From Callorhinchus milii (Eukaryota), in the NCBI RefSeq assembly GCF_018977255.1, contig NW_024704742.1:33358001-33422000 (forward strand): 64,000 nt of DNA. Reading direction: 5' to 3'. This document shows, piece after piece, positions 37,951 to 52,172 of the stretch (position 1 is the stretch's first letter; every line of letters starts with the position of its first letter). The position numbers were made by a program, and so were the translations under genes. The notes beneath the pieces are model-generated. The model had not been told where the DNA came from and made no database searches. It worked only from the letters and a program-made list of their open reading frames with translations.

Positions 37951-40219
37951 TTTTCAAATCTTACAAAATAATAATAATGAATAACAATAAAAATCCTTGA
38001 ATTTGATAAAGCACCTTATCACATTGTTGAGATACCTCAAAGCACATCACAGTATTTTACAGTAAAATGTGGTGACTATATTTGTAGGCGAATGCGGCAA
38101 ACCCTTTGCACACAGCAAAACATCCCACAAACAGCCATGAAGTGAGTGACTAATTTTGTTAGTGGGATTGTTGCAATGGGATCTTTAATAATAATAATAA
38201 TTCTTGCAATTGATATAGCGCTTTTTTTGAGCTCTAAGGATGGGATGGAAACTTTAACTGCCACCCAAACAAGCAGACAATACAGTACCTTGATTGAACG
38301 TCTCATCCAAAGGCCACCAACAGCCACCAGTAATCATCAACACATTCAAGATGCCCAGCAATCCAACCCCAAATGTTAACATTACAAATAACTGCTGGCC
38401 AAAATGACACAGCCTGGATCATGAATCTCAAAATAATCTTCCTGCTGTTTCCTACAACTGCAGTAACTACGATATCTCAGGAAAGCCCCAGTTAATTTGA
38501 GGATTGGAGGGTATAAACAGACATTTCTCTCATTTCAGTATGTGGATGTTTATCATTCCATAGAGCTTAATACAGCTGCCACTACAAATAAAATGGCCAC
38601 CACAGTTCAACTTCTCTAACTCCACATCTCCAAGAATCTTCACAGTACTTGAATGATAAATGAAAGCTTCACATAAAACCTTGTGGGAAACATCCTTCTG
38701 CATTGGCCACTCTAGCTATAGGCAAACTAGACAGCTGTCTAGGCCGGTAGATTTCTGGCAGAAGCATTTGTGTTTGAATGCTCGACTGGTAAAAATTGAG
38801 ACAGGCAGAGCTGCAACGAGTGCCACGTGCTAGCACCGGCGGTCGTCTTTAGGCGTTTTAAGGTAAATTCATCTCTTTTAAGTTAAAGCTAAAGTTTCGG
38901 GTGGGGGAGGTGGGGGGGCACACAAGTTTTGCTTAGGGTGGCAGACGATGTCGTGTGGCTTCTGGTCTTCTGGCCACTTTAACCAATAATTATCATATGT
39001 CTTTTGGATGAGGTGTTAAAACAAAGTCCCGACTGCCTATTTCAGATGAATGCTAACATAACACTGCCCTCCAGATTTATTCCTCATTCATTTTGTGGCA
39101 ATTTATGGGAGCTTTTCTCTTACAGGTCACTGCCAGTCATGACACTTCACAGTAGTTACTTATAAAGTCCTTTGAGACAATTTGGAAAGGTGCTATAATA
39201 AAGTGAATTCCATTTCTTCCATTTTCACTTTAGAAGTAAATGGCAAGTTCACAAATACAAAGTTTGCCCATCTAATCCCCCAAATCCTGCCATTTCTTCC
39301 TAAATGCCAGTTACCTGAAGAGATTTATTTGTGAATGCCACTAATATGCTAGAAATCACATTTTTTTTGTGCTTCTCAGCAGGGGTCACCCTGCAGCTGA
39401 ACTGGGACCAAGGAGTCACACCTGGTACAGGCTGGCAACACACAGTAACACAAGGCAATGGTGGCTCATTAGTGACAACAGCAAATTATATTTGTATAGC
39501 GTCTTTCACATCGGGAGGTATTGAAGACTTGAAGGTATTGATTTATCTTTGGAATCTAAATTGTGGCATTTATTGCAGGACTCTTCAATAATGACTCTGA
39601 ATCACAACTGGTAACTGGAAGTAAGTTGCAACAGCTGATCGGAATTCCACTCTGATGATTATCACATCCTTCACAAAGGCAGTTATTGCCGCCATTGTGC
39701 GCCTGACCACGCATTGAAGTGTTGATCAATAGGATGTTGCCTACCTCAAAAAAACACAGAAAAATAAATCCAAAGAGGCAGGTAATTGGAGAAACCAGGC
39801 TATTGCTCAAGATACTCTTCAGAACAAAGATTACTTTATGTCACACCCATTGAATAAAATGTGGTCACAACCAATCTGTAAAGATTAGTGCAGCAGTCTC
39901 TCCAGGCAGAACAGATCCCTGGCCAATGTCCACAATGCTAAATTATTACAGCAAATTCCAACTGATACTCTAGAAACAGGACTATGATGTTCAGATGATG
40001 GAATGCTGCTTTACAAATATGTCTGACTCAGGTTCTCAGATTTCCTCTCAAACCTACAGATTAAACCATTATAAATTCCCTTCTCAGGAAAAGAACTATT
40101 TCAGTAACAGGTAGACACCACTAGAGTCTTACAAAAGATCTGAGAGTACAATTTCTAGCACACATCCAACGAGAACTAAACCTGTTCAAACTGTTATGAT
40201 CAGGATTGCACAGCCTAAA

Positions 40220-40420
40220 AGGCTAGTGGAAGCAGATTCAATAATAACTTTCAAAAGACGATTTGATATTTATTTGAAAAGAAAAAAATTGCAAGGCTAT
40301 GGGGAAACAGTGGAGGAGTGGGACTAATTGGATATCTCTTTCAAAGAGCCGGCACAGACACGATGAGCCGAATGGCCTCCTTTTGTGCTGTAGGTTTCTA
40401 GGAATCTATGATTCCATGCA
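40220..40420 (+). mobile_element. CR1 3' end fragment (similar pieces near 6750-6905 and 53760-53897)
   Basis: 'ggctatgggga...ttcaaagagccggcacagacacgatgagccgaatggcctcc...tctatgatt' is shared among the copies. Confidence 0.75.
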
Positions 40421-43400
40421 GTCAGAACTTTTTTACCGTAGTATAGCGGGTTAGACAGCTTTTGTTCTAAATGATAATCCCACTTTATTTAGCTTGGCAT
40501 CCAGGAAGCCCAGCTCAAAGATCAAATCTGAAATTCAAGCCCAAAATTGTGTCTTGGTGTGTTTACCTCAGGCTGAGAGTTTAGCTGCTACAGTACGGTT
40601 TCTTCCCTTGAAAGGAAACATCACTTTATTTGATGTCCATAGACCTGTATGGTTCTATGGTAAGAATCTCGCATATTGTCAAGAGTGATTCACCCTCCAA
40701 TCTGGCTGACAGCCTCTTCATTTGTATTTGTGGATGGATCATCATGCAAAGAATGAGAATGGCCATCCTTACAAAGCTAGAAAATCTAATGTTTTTCAAA
40801 GTTGTGGCAGGTTCTAAAGACGCTTATTAAAAAAATCTCCATTTCACAAGTTCCCGAAACAGGTGTAAACCATTAGACTCTTATGAAATCTGTGAAAGAT
40901 AAACCTCAAGTACGATACCTTTCCTAATTGTTAGCAATACACAATCATTGGATCAGTCAGAATGGTTACTCAGTGGGTAGGAATGCTGAAAATCATTTAG
41001 CACTGCCTCTTTTCTGCCTCAGGAGAAAGATTAAAAGCAAGCATCTTAGCTTAAAGAATTTCACTTGTTGGTCTTTACTTCTTAATTAGCTGCGTTAGAA
41101 GCTGCCAAATTCCTGAACTCACTGCTGTTCGGCAGAATGTAAATTCAATGAAAAAAGTACAGTGAACAGAATTCCTGGTTACTTCCCAGACAGTTAGTCA
41201 ACGGCTCTTGCAATGATGGGCACCCCCAACTGGATGGATTTAGCTTCAAAATCCAATGAATGGAATGCTCAAAATGAACTGCAACTTCACATGAAAAGGA
41301 AATAGCAGAAGTAGCCTCAGAGACGCATCTACTCCTGAGATCCCCCCACCATTTACACCCAACCTTCTAACTGCCTTCCTCTCCGACTACCAGTTCTTCA
41401 GTCTGCTCCCACAAGAAGTGAAGAACCAGACAGAGGGGACAAAAACATGGTCACTATATGTCGCCAGCAGTCGAATTGGGTCTAGACTTCAGGCATCTTT
41501 CCTAATTCAAATGACAAATTACGTAAATTGAATTAAGAAAAACGCCTGAGCCATAAACCGAGGGTAAGATTGGTGAGCAATGAACAATATATATCCAAAT
41601 ATAACTAATTGTGCCGGACAGCTGTAACGTGTACTGACAGCTGTAGTGGCTGTGACATAGAAATGATAGCTAAGCAAATGACTTTTGTTTGCACTTTTCC
41701 TCTTCAGTTAGACTGAACTAAAATGTTAAATAAAACCAAATACTGCAGTGGGAATTTTTTTTTACCCATTGCCAAAAGCAAGATCAATAGAAAGATTTAA
41801 TATAGCGACCAAGGAGAATTGCAGATTTTTAAGTCTCGTGAATATTAAGCCTTGAGGAAAAAGGCAATGCTGCCAGGAATGCTTGGCTTGCAAGTTAGAA
41901 ATTCCTGTCCACAAACAGCAATCAGTTCTGTGAATCAAAGATAGTGTTAAATAAATGTGTGCTTGCCTCAATTTTGCAATAAAGATTTTTTAATTCTAGC
42001 TTTTTTATGAGGATTACCATTTTCTCTTACCCCACGGTTTCTCTCCCTGTGCCACTGAAGTTTTGGATCCCAGTTTGTGGGCTTTCAATACCACTTTATA
42101 ATTTATTAATAATAATAATAATTATTGCATTTGGTATAGTGTCTTATCACATTATTAAATGCATCAAAGCACTTCACAGGACTTGCTGTAATTTATAGGT
42201 GAGCTACTCAGCCAAATTGAACAGCAAAGTCCCACAAACATCCATGAAGTGAGTGACCAATTTTATCCTGGAGATTGTTAGCCAGGATATCCCCAAAAAT
42301 TCCCTTCTCTTTTTGAACAGTGTTATCGGATCTTTAATGTCCCCCTGAACAGACCGACGCGACCTCAGTTTAATATCTTATTCGGAGGACACATGAACTA
42401 CAAGTAAACAAGAATCTGGATCTGAAGGCAGAAATGTAATGGACATGAAGAGATGTGAACGAGCTTAGACCCATTAAGCATGTCTCACATAAGGAGTGAC
42501 AATCAGTCAGGTTAGTAAAGTGTGACCTGTTTGATGCACATCCTTCCTAAATAAACAGTTTTATGTTTTTAACCAAGTTTGCAATTTGCCAATTGCCAAC
42601 CAGAAATGACTGCTGACATGTCCTCATGCTGACAGCTCAAATGCTATGTTCCGTGCTGCAGATAGTCTGCATTGCAGCTAAGACCACATGACTTGGCAAA
42701 GAAAAGCATTCACAGGCATTTTATACTGTAATTGATTTTAGCCACAGGAAAATAAAAAAAGGCATACATTGCACCCATACCTATGCGTAATATTGTACAT
42801 ATAAAGTAGCTATATAGTCCACATATCATCCATCACATAAAGATGAATCCACTCCTGCCAACAGCACAATGACAAACACCGTCTGATGCAAGGAAAACAG
42901 TCAGCTCTCCTACTATCCGTGAGGATAGGAACTACAGGATACTTTGGATTCCTTTGCAAATGTATTGCGAAACCATTTTGAGCAATGCTTACAATCTGGC
43001 GAACACACATAAGACCCAGAACTAGCAGATTGTTCGTTTCTTACATTTTATAACGGCCGAGGGGATACCTAACAGCAAGGAGCCAAATAACTTTTCTGTC
43101 GGCCAACAATGGAACAATAGCAAGACGTTGCTCTGGGCTCTTTCCCATTGTGTAATGTGGATTGTTTGAAATATACTTGTTGAATTAAAAAGATCATCAT
43201 AAGGAGCATTCATCTGTGAATTTGTAAGGCTGCGTCATTTGGCTGGGATCATTTGAATCATGCTATGAACATTTTAGAAACCAATAAAAAGCAGTATATT
43301 GGTGCCAGGACCTGGAGCGTCAAGTATTACCACAATTAAACAAGACCATTGTGGCTGAATCCGAATTTTAAGAAGCCAACACAGAAATATATTAATGACC

Positions 43401-43872
43401 AAACAGTAGCTCAACGTAACCTCTTTTTTGCTATTCCCTAAAGCATATAAAACAATTTTGCTACAATTTTGCTCTAGCATTCAACAATTGCTTAAGATTT
43501 CAGCAGACAAAAAACATCTGTTTATTAAAACCCTACAATCGTTTCAGTGATTTGCTTTTTAAAAAGCTGAAATATTTGGAGCAATTCCAAGCATTTGTAT
43601 TTAAAGTTAATGGGATCCTACAAGGGAGCGAGAACTCTGCAAAGTCAGAGACTTTCCAGGATGTTCCACTTTGTTACTCATAGCCACTTAATTGGGTCAT
43701 TAAGAAGGAGCACATAACACCTTCTCCCAGACTCCAGTATAGAAACTGTTCATTGTAATGGATAATGCTGAGTTTACACTGTGGATCTACCAGTGTTGGC
43801 ACTCCTGCCACTTGATTGACTCAACCTTTTCTTGAGGCACCTACTATTTCAACAGCTTGCATACCCGATGAC

Positions 43873-45694
43873 ACAAGACTCGGCTACAGGTCACTGTGTA
43901 TGTGTATGTGATGCAGTGACATCTTATGTTCCGCAGAGGTAGAGAAAGTCTGACAACAGATTCTGTGGATGGTTGTTACTTAAATAACAGTAGAGAAAGC
44001 AGAAAGAAAGACATGAGAAAATCGCAGATGCCATCTCCGCTCCCATTACTTAGGTAGCAGCCTATTGGGGAAATTAATGCCAGACTTTGTGAACCTGGAT
44101 GATCACGGCTATTTATGATTGCAACTGAGTATATAACACAATGTGTCACAGTTTAAACACCATGATTTTGAAACAAAAAGACTGGAGTGACACAATGAGG
44201 GACACTCAAGTGATAACAGTACCATTTGAGCAGCATTCAATGTTCAGCAGTCTTCACAGTGTCAGCTAAACTCAGTTGGTGTGTTAGCCTAGCTCATTTG
44301 ATAATACTCTCACCTCCGAGTCAAAAGGTTGTGCATTCAAGGCCCACATCAGGACTGCATTCTAGGTTGACACTCCAGTGCAGTGCTAGACTGAGTGTTA
44401 CTTGTCAGGGTAGCTTCAGCTCCTTCACGTGAGATGTTAAAATGAGGTCCCATTTGCCTGTTCAGATGGACTTTAATGATCCCATGACACTATTTGAAAA
44501 GAGAATGGAGGTTCTCCCAGGGTCTTGGCCAATAATTCCCCAGAAAAGCAAATAGTTATTCACTTCATGGCTGTTTGTGGTACATTGCTGTGTGCAAATT
44601 GGCTGCCACTTTTGGATACAAATATAAAGTCAACTGAAGTTTACAGTAAAATCCTGTGAACCACTTTGAGATGTTTAGGCAACATAACCCTCAACACTCC
44701 TGAACTCTCTGTCCAAGGCTTTGTGCCGAGCCCTTCTGGCAATTCTGGGTTACAAGAAATGTACTGCTGATATTAACACATTTAATGTGCAGATTCTATG
44801 CCTTGTGTGCAACTACAGCTTAGGCGGCACAATTGGAATTGACTAATTCTGCTCCTGTTTGAGTAACGTGTGTGATAAGTGCAAGTTGTTGTTGTTGTGA
44901 CAGAGCAAAAGAGACATATAGGATATAATAGAATTTACAATACAATTCATGTCAGGAAGACATCTCAAAGCACTTAACACTGCTGGCTGGGCTTCCAAGC
45001 TGGGGGTGGAAGCCGAAGGGGGTGGGGAGGGAAAAGGTGACCTAATACACAGTACTCTAGGACCTACATGTTTCGTAATTATAGTCAATCATACCTAGTT
45101 GATTCTGACAACAATAAATAATCTTGAAACAAAAAAAACATATAAATTCATTATCAGTAATGACCTCTGATGTAGCACAACAGTTTAATCTTACCACTGA
45201 GCCTGTTCTACAGTGTGAATATAGGTGTGTGTACATATGTGCTTTTGCATGTGTATCTTTCTGATATAAAATGTGGTCAAATGTAAGAAATTACAATAAA
45301 TGATCTTGCTCTCGAACTGGTAGCACGAGTAGGTAAAATTGGGCATCATGAGAATAGTGTGAGTAGGATATGTTGTCTCAGCCACTACATCCCTAATCTC
45401 CAGCATTCCCTCTCTCCACCCATCCACCTCACACGCCCCTCCCACCATCTGTCTTTAAATCTACATAAAAGCTTAGCTCTTTGATTGTGTTGGCATTAAT
45501 TTACCCAATTGGCTGCTACCTAAGAAATGGGAGCAGGGATGGCATCTGAGATTTTCTCAAATCTTTTTCCCTGCTTTCTCTACTGTTATTTAAGTAACAA
45601 CCACCCATACAATTTGTTGTTGGACTTTCAGTGCCTCTGTGGACTGTACAACGTCACTGAGTCACATATGCAGTGACCTCTCTCCGAGTCTTGT
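43873..45694. repeat. Pair of ~205-bp imperfect inverted repeats (43873-44082 and 45491-45694); probable TIRs of an old DNA transposon
   Basis: Left 'acaagactcgg...ggttgttacttaaataacagtagagaaagcag...cttaggtagcagcc...aattaatgcca' is the reverse complement of the right arm. Confidence 0.85.
44263..44675 (+). mobile_element. Deu-domain SINE nested between the inverted repeats
   Basis: Head gtcagctaaactcagttgg, body 'gatcccatgacactatttg', tail 'ctgtgaaccactttgagat'. Confidence 0.8.
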
Positions 45695-46486
45695 TTTATT
45701 GTGTATGATTGCAACCAACAACTTGAATTTATATAGCGCCCTTCATGTGGGGTAGCGCCTTGGAGTGCATAAAGGTGGTAGAGCATGACACCATGCCAGG
45801 GAGAGAGGGATAGGCACCTGCCAGATTGAGGCACCACTAAGATAGAAGCATAATGGCAATCTTTTCTTCTGCTTAATTATACCAATTTGCACACAATGTC
45901 CCACTAACAGCCATGGAGTGAATGACCAATTTTGTTTGGGGGATTGTTAGCCATAATACAGGAGAAACTCATATGAAGGATAGCACCTCCGACAATTCAT
46001 CACATCCCCATCACTGCAAAGGGCTGTCAGCTTAAACTATGTGGGTTCCAAGTCCCGATCTGGGCTTAAACCTGCCTATGAAATATACAATGTCAAATAA
46101 TAAAACTGTACAGATTAAGCCTAAATGAAGTATAAATACAATATTGACATAGATTGCACAGTGAGTTTAATGCCAGCACAAAGCAGTTAAAAGTCATTTA
46201 ATTAATACTTAGAATATGGCTTATAGTATGAAATACAGAGGGGGTAGAATTATAGAGATTGTAAAATTTATGAATCCTATTAATTTACAAAATACAACAG
46301 TATGAAGTAAGCCAAAATGTCAGCCAAAGTGAATTAAAATAGCAATATAAGGACTTATATAGGAATAACCCACTACAGATAGGAAATACATCTAAAATTA
46401 TTTTTGTAACACAAAAATGTGACAGCAAAAGTTAAAATATACATCAACAGCACTAACCTCCAGAGGAATGCGATTGCTGTACTTAC

Positions 46487-46519
46487 TTTTCTGAAAATCT
46501 TCTTTGCAAACAATGGCAT
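46487..46519 (-). CDS. Weak candidate alternative first coding exon of ANK2: MPLFAKKIFRK
   Basis: ataATG start, 11 codons, phase-0 donor AAA|gtaagt. The basic end resembles known ankyrin first exons, but an out-of-frame ATG lies 10 nt upstream. Confidence 0.3.
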
Positions 46520-48152
46520 TATTATCCATTACACTGTGACTGTAGGACAGCTAGTGGGATTAACAGGCAGCAAATGCTAGGTTCACTGTTCTGTTGTGCA
46601 CAGAACCCTTGGCTTCAAACAAATCAAGGACTTAATGGAGTCCGTATGCAATTGGATCTAATCCTTACATTTGCAGCAATTTACTTGGATGGTGCTCCTG
46701 CTACTGTTTATTACCTAGGACACAAAGCTGTCAGCCTCTAAGGCTCACAGAGTGGATTGAGGATAGTAGCAAGTGTGGATGATAGTATACTTTGAAACAA
46801 TGGCAATTTATGTGAGAAAAATTGATTTCTTATTCCTTTTTCCTGTTTCAACCACACATGGATTGCATTAAGGCTTCAAAAACCGTATGCTTCATCAAAG
46901 GGAAGGACCGAAGCCAAAACTCAAGAGTAAGGCCAGCAGATAATGAGTGTAAGCCATTCCATGAGAGAAAGTTCCATTCCTAATGTTATACCTATCCCAG
47001 ACTGACTTTGAAGGAAAACATGCTGCCACATGTTTTCTACATCTGCCCCAACCAGGATTCCAAAGAAATACTATTTCAATATAATACTAAATACGCAGCA
47101 ACAGGATGGGCTTCTGTCAGCTTAAATTGCTACTAATTCACAGTAAGATACTTTTAACCCTTTGATAGATGCAATGATCATTTATTCCAAACTCCACAGA
47201 CTAATGGATATGTGGAAAAGACTCAAAAATAGCACTTGGCACCTCATCAATTGATTACTTTTTCAAAAAAAAATTGGATTAGCATTGGTTTGTGAACATA
47301 ATACAGACGATTGAGATTGACTGAGAGAATGAAGTACTCCATGGGACAACAACAACAAATTACACTTGCACAGCGACCTTCACATCAGAAAGACATTTTG
47401 ATTTCTATGTTGCTGGGTCTAGGAATCGGGGTAACGTTCTCTCCAGAGGCTAAGAAGTCACATTTGAATGTTGGAGATGTGGAGTTCGCTAATACTGTGG
47501 AGATAATAATAAATATAACAATAATAATCCTTGCATTTGATATAGTGTTTTTCACGTCTTCGAGACATCTCAAAGCGCTTCACAGAATATACTGTGTGGG
47601 CGAAACGCTTTATAATCATAATTATAATAATAATTATTTATAATAATTGAGAGCTTGCCTTGCTTTGGAGGTTATTCCAATTTATTGCTATTTGTGAAGT
47701 ATTGTTGGCGCAGAAGGAATGCTACTTTTGCTGGCATAACAAAAGTAACGGCATTTCTTTGTAACTCACTTTAAGAAGCTCTTTGAGTGATTTTGATGTA
47801 ATAAGATACTAGCAAAAGCAAAACTGTTTTTATTTTACGAGGACCACATAAGTTATTTTTGTCAGGAGCTCATTGTATTAAGGTTTAAGCCCTGCTGCTG
47901 ATTATAATAAAAGCTCATTGTGGAATTAATAATAATAATCCTTGCATTTTTAAAGCTTCTGAGTGCAACAGTTAGCAATAACAATTATGATTGTGACTGC
48001 ATCTTACTGCAGAGTTTAAAATAGAAGCTATAGGAAAAGAATATTCTATTCTATCTATTGAGTGTTTTAGCAGCCTCTTTCAATAATAATTCCATTTTCC
48101 ACAAATTCTCATTATTCAGATCCTTCATAATCCTTTAGCAACATCTCATTTT

Positions 48153-48522
48153 GGAGTCCTGTAACATATTGGTTAGAACACGTGCCTTGCTAGCGAGAGG
48201 ACCCGGGTTTGATTCCCAGCAGGGCAAAACCCTAGGCAAGTTTCCTTACTTCACACTTCTCTGTTTACCTAGCAGTAAATAGGAACCTGGTTGTTAGTCG
48301 ATTAGCATTTCCAAGGGTAATAATCCCTTTTAAAAAATATATATATATTGGTCACCCAACGCACGACTGTTTATGCGACACTGCTGTGAACAATTGGCTG
48401 CTGTGTTTTGCCCACAAATTATAGTCAATTCACTTAACCGCATATTCTGTGAAGCGCTTTGAGACGTCTCAATGACGTGATAAGGCGCTATATAAAATGC
48501 AAGGATTATTATGATTATTATT
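48153..48522 (+). mobile_element. Full-length tRNA-derived SINE, family 2
   Basis: Head ggagtcctgtaac...cgggtttgattccc; body 'ggcaagtttccttac...tgtttacctagcagtaaataggaacc'; tail 'gtgaagcgctttgagacgtc...gcaaggattatt'. Confidence 0.88.
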
Positions 48523-49189
48523 TTCTACCCTGTCAACATTTGACATTTCTCATATTTACCTTCACCCCGAACCTATAATAATAATAATACTTACATTTGG
48601 TACAGCACCTTTCATCTCAGGAAGACATCTCAGGAAGCATTTAATAGGATATATTGTAAAGTGCAGTGACTGTGTTTTGTGGGTGAACACATGGCTATCA
48701 CGTTTCTTTGTGAAGGAAAGAATAGTTCATAGAAACTGGCACAGTATTCAACAAACTGATTGGCAGTCGGCTCCACTTGTCCATTAAAGTGTGTCAGTTA
48801 ATTGCTGCTTAACTCTGGCTTATCCTGTGGTTTTCTAATTTAGAATTGATGACCTATAGTCCTATTTACAGGATTTAACTCTGCTGCTAGCCTTCACAAC
48901 ATCATCAACTCCCTTCATTATCTGAAAAACCTGAACTATATCACCCCTCAATTTTCTTATTGTAATGTGTATAATCTATGAAGTCCAAGTCTAACTTTGG
49001 CGCAATGAGTTTTGTGTCCTAGACCTGTCATTCCTATTATACGTTGTGTCTTCGCAGATGTATTGGTGATCTTTTGGGAACAGGAGGCCAAAACTGGACA
49101 CACCATTCTAGGTGTGGTCTGCTTGGTGGATTACATAGAAGGATAGAAGTTGTTTGCTATCAAAAAACTAAAAAAAGGTAATTTGCGTC

Positions 49190-49378
49190 GGCCCTGCCTT
49201 GCCTCCTTCAAGGCTCATCTCAAGACTTTCCTCTTTGACCATGTTTTCGGCCATCCTCCCACTCGCCCCCCACCCCTTTGTTCAAACCTCCAGCTTGGGT
49301 GCAAACCCTTACCTGTTCAGGGCCTTGGGATGTTCTTCCAACATGAAAGATGCTATATTAATGTAATTTTGTTGCTGT
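49190..49378 (+). mobile_element. L2 3' end fragment
   Basis: LASFKAHLKTFLF followed by an L2-type tail. Confidence 0.75.
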
Positions 49379-52172
49379 TTGTACTTGCACTCAGTGTTTC
49401 CGTTGAAACGCACTCACATTTGCTTCCCTTCACTTCTCCTGAAAACACTGAAGTTTCCTGGGTTCCAATAATACAGTATTGTGTTTGTTTTTTGAACATA
49501 ATATTGTATAAAAATGAGAAGTCCATTGAAGCAGAATCAAGTTTGAAGTTTGAAATGGAGAGAGAAATTAGAGAAATATAGGTATTATGTAAAGATTATG
49601 GAGAAAGAGATGGAAATGTATAAACAGGTCTGCCAAGATCTATTGAAGTGTTGGAACAGGCTCAATGGGCTGAAATGTATATTTTACAGAAATACATGAA
49701 CAGCTTTACAACGTTATCAATGCTAACAGGTGCTATACCAAATGCAAGATTTAAATTTATTCAAGTATTTTCTCATTTAAACATATGTTTACTTTAACTG
49801 TCAGTCTTTCACCCATATCCTCTGTGATCATCCATTAGATGCATTCACCATCTATAATTAGCTGCTCCCCGCAACATTTGGCTGAAACATTTGTTTTTAT
49901 TTAAAGTGTTTCGCAACCAAACACAACTCAGGCTGAACCATCACTTACAAATTTAGAAGTTCACAGCACAGGAGAAGAACATTCAGCACATTCTGTCATC
50001 ACTTGCTGAAACAAGATTGTTCGAGCTGATCTTGGACCGAATGTGCTGCTCTTTTGCCCACAAAATATACAGTCAATTCACTTTACGGTATATTCTGTGA
50101 AGTGCTTTGTGCCGTATCGAAGACATATAAGGCGCTATATCAAATGCAAGGATTATTATTAGGCTCTTAACATTGGAGCCAGCACTGAACACCATCACAG
50201 TGGATGAAGAGGCAGGATTGTTAGCCAAGACCAAATAATTTTGAGTTTAGAATTCAGGCACAGAACAAATCTCTAAGAATTACACCAACAACTTGCATTT
50301 AAGTAGCGCCCTTCACTCAGGGTAGCGTCTCAGAGCACTTAAATAGCAGATGATGCTATTTAAATCAATTGCCTGACCACGACAAAAAAACATGAAGACA
50401 TGCATGGAACATCACTGGGTCAACTTTTCAAAATCGAGTCAGATTTACTGGAGATAAAGTAGAGGCAAGTGGGAGATTGACTCAGAATCAAGTTTTCAGA
50501 GTTTAGGAAATGGGAAAAATTACCATTCTGTAATACTAATAGAGGTGTCTTCAGCGAACACTTACCCCTGAACACTAACTCATGTTGTAAATGCAGCGTT
50601 CAGTTATCTTTACACTTGACCATTAGGAAGCACAGTCCAATTCAGAACTTAATTTTTTCTATAACATGTAAATCTTCCACCAACACTTCTGAATTTGCTC
50701 TACATTTAAAACATGGAGCAGTCTGCTCAGTTTTGTACTTTGCATTAATGTGTGAATCTCTGAGCCACTGTGTCATCCCATATCAATTGAAGCCGTTTGA
50801 TGTGTTAAAAATGCTTTATCCATGAATGTTTCAGCAATTCAGAATATTGCTTCTTTTCTTCACAAAAGGTCTGTGTACAAAGTGAAATGGAGTAACTCCC
50901 CTTAACTCAAGCTGCATCATTCTTTTGAGAATCCTTGTCTCTGGTTCTCTGCATTGGACGAGGCACCTGAAGAACTGCACAGTACAAACAGAATAACAAG
51001 TTGGATAACATTGCACAATACAAGCCTCTGATAGGAGTACTCAAGCTGTGGGGTGTTGCTACCAGTTGTTGCTTTATATCAAACAGTGTAGAGGACCCTT
51101 TGGAATCCTCGGCTGATATTCTATTTAGATCAGGTTGGCTACCAAAAGAGTGCCCATTATTTGCTTTAAAATAACAGTCTTAACTGCATAATTATGGATC
51201 CTAAATGAGCAACACGAATGGATCGTTGCCAACACATTATCTACAAGCATCTTACTGCAGTATGTCTAAGTGGCAAAGGTAAGGTGCTATGGAAAATAAA
51301 TACATTTTCCGTAACATGGAAACAAAAGCCAGCTTTTGAGGTTATCCAGCCATAGTGCATCGTCCATAGTGATCAGCAATGCTGGCAAATGATGCTTTCG
51401 TTTTCAAATTGTGCTCTTCTTATCTATAAATATCTTATTTTCAGTCCTCTGTATGCAAGTGTATAGAAGGGAGTCGGGCCAACACTTGCAGTAAGATTCA
51501 CTGCAGCACGAAAGTGACAGAAATTCTGAGTTGTTACGAGTCTGTAACATTTCCATTATAATCATTTCAAAAATGTGTCAAGTGATGATGCAGCACATCA
51601 CCCTTGTTATTTTGTTGATCAATGCCCTTTGTGCTTCCCTCACATGCCGAAAATAAATTCCAGTCTCCAAAAACAAATCAAACGTGATGCCTTTCTTAAG
51701 CTTACAGTTTCTGCCCTGTGATAAAAGTCGTAATTTGCACGTTATTTTTAAAACATTTATACAATAATCAGCAATTTTTTCAAGGAGATTTTTGCCTCAT
51801 TTCCGCCAGGCGGTCAGAATCTGATCTCAACCACTGCTTTAAGCTGGCAACACTGTGTTATTGTATTATCAATATCTGAATCTTTTAGTGGGGTATAAAA
51901 AAGGCTGGAGGAGCACTCTGTGCTATAATCTGATTCTCATTCTTCTCTGCAGTTTTAGTAGTCGTGTATTAAGTAGGTTACAGCTACAGTTTTGACATTC
52001 TAATCTGTCCGTCTTCAGGAAAAAATCAGTTCTTCACCTCGCTTCAATTACGGAGATTCATTGTTAAGCAAGCCCCTTATCCTCATTTGTGTACTGCTCA
52101 ACAACAACAATAAGAAGATTTCATTTATAAGCGCCTTTCACGTCGGGAGGACGTGGTCGACCATAGGTTGTG

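Noticed and set aside
50555..50600. Strong minus-strand donor GGG|gtaagt with a nearby ATG
   Set aside because: The frame is ATG AGT TAG, so it stops before the donor; no coding exon is supportable.
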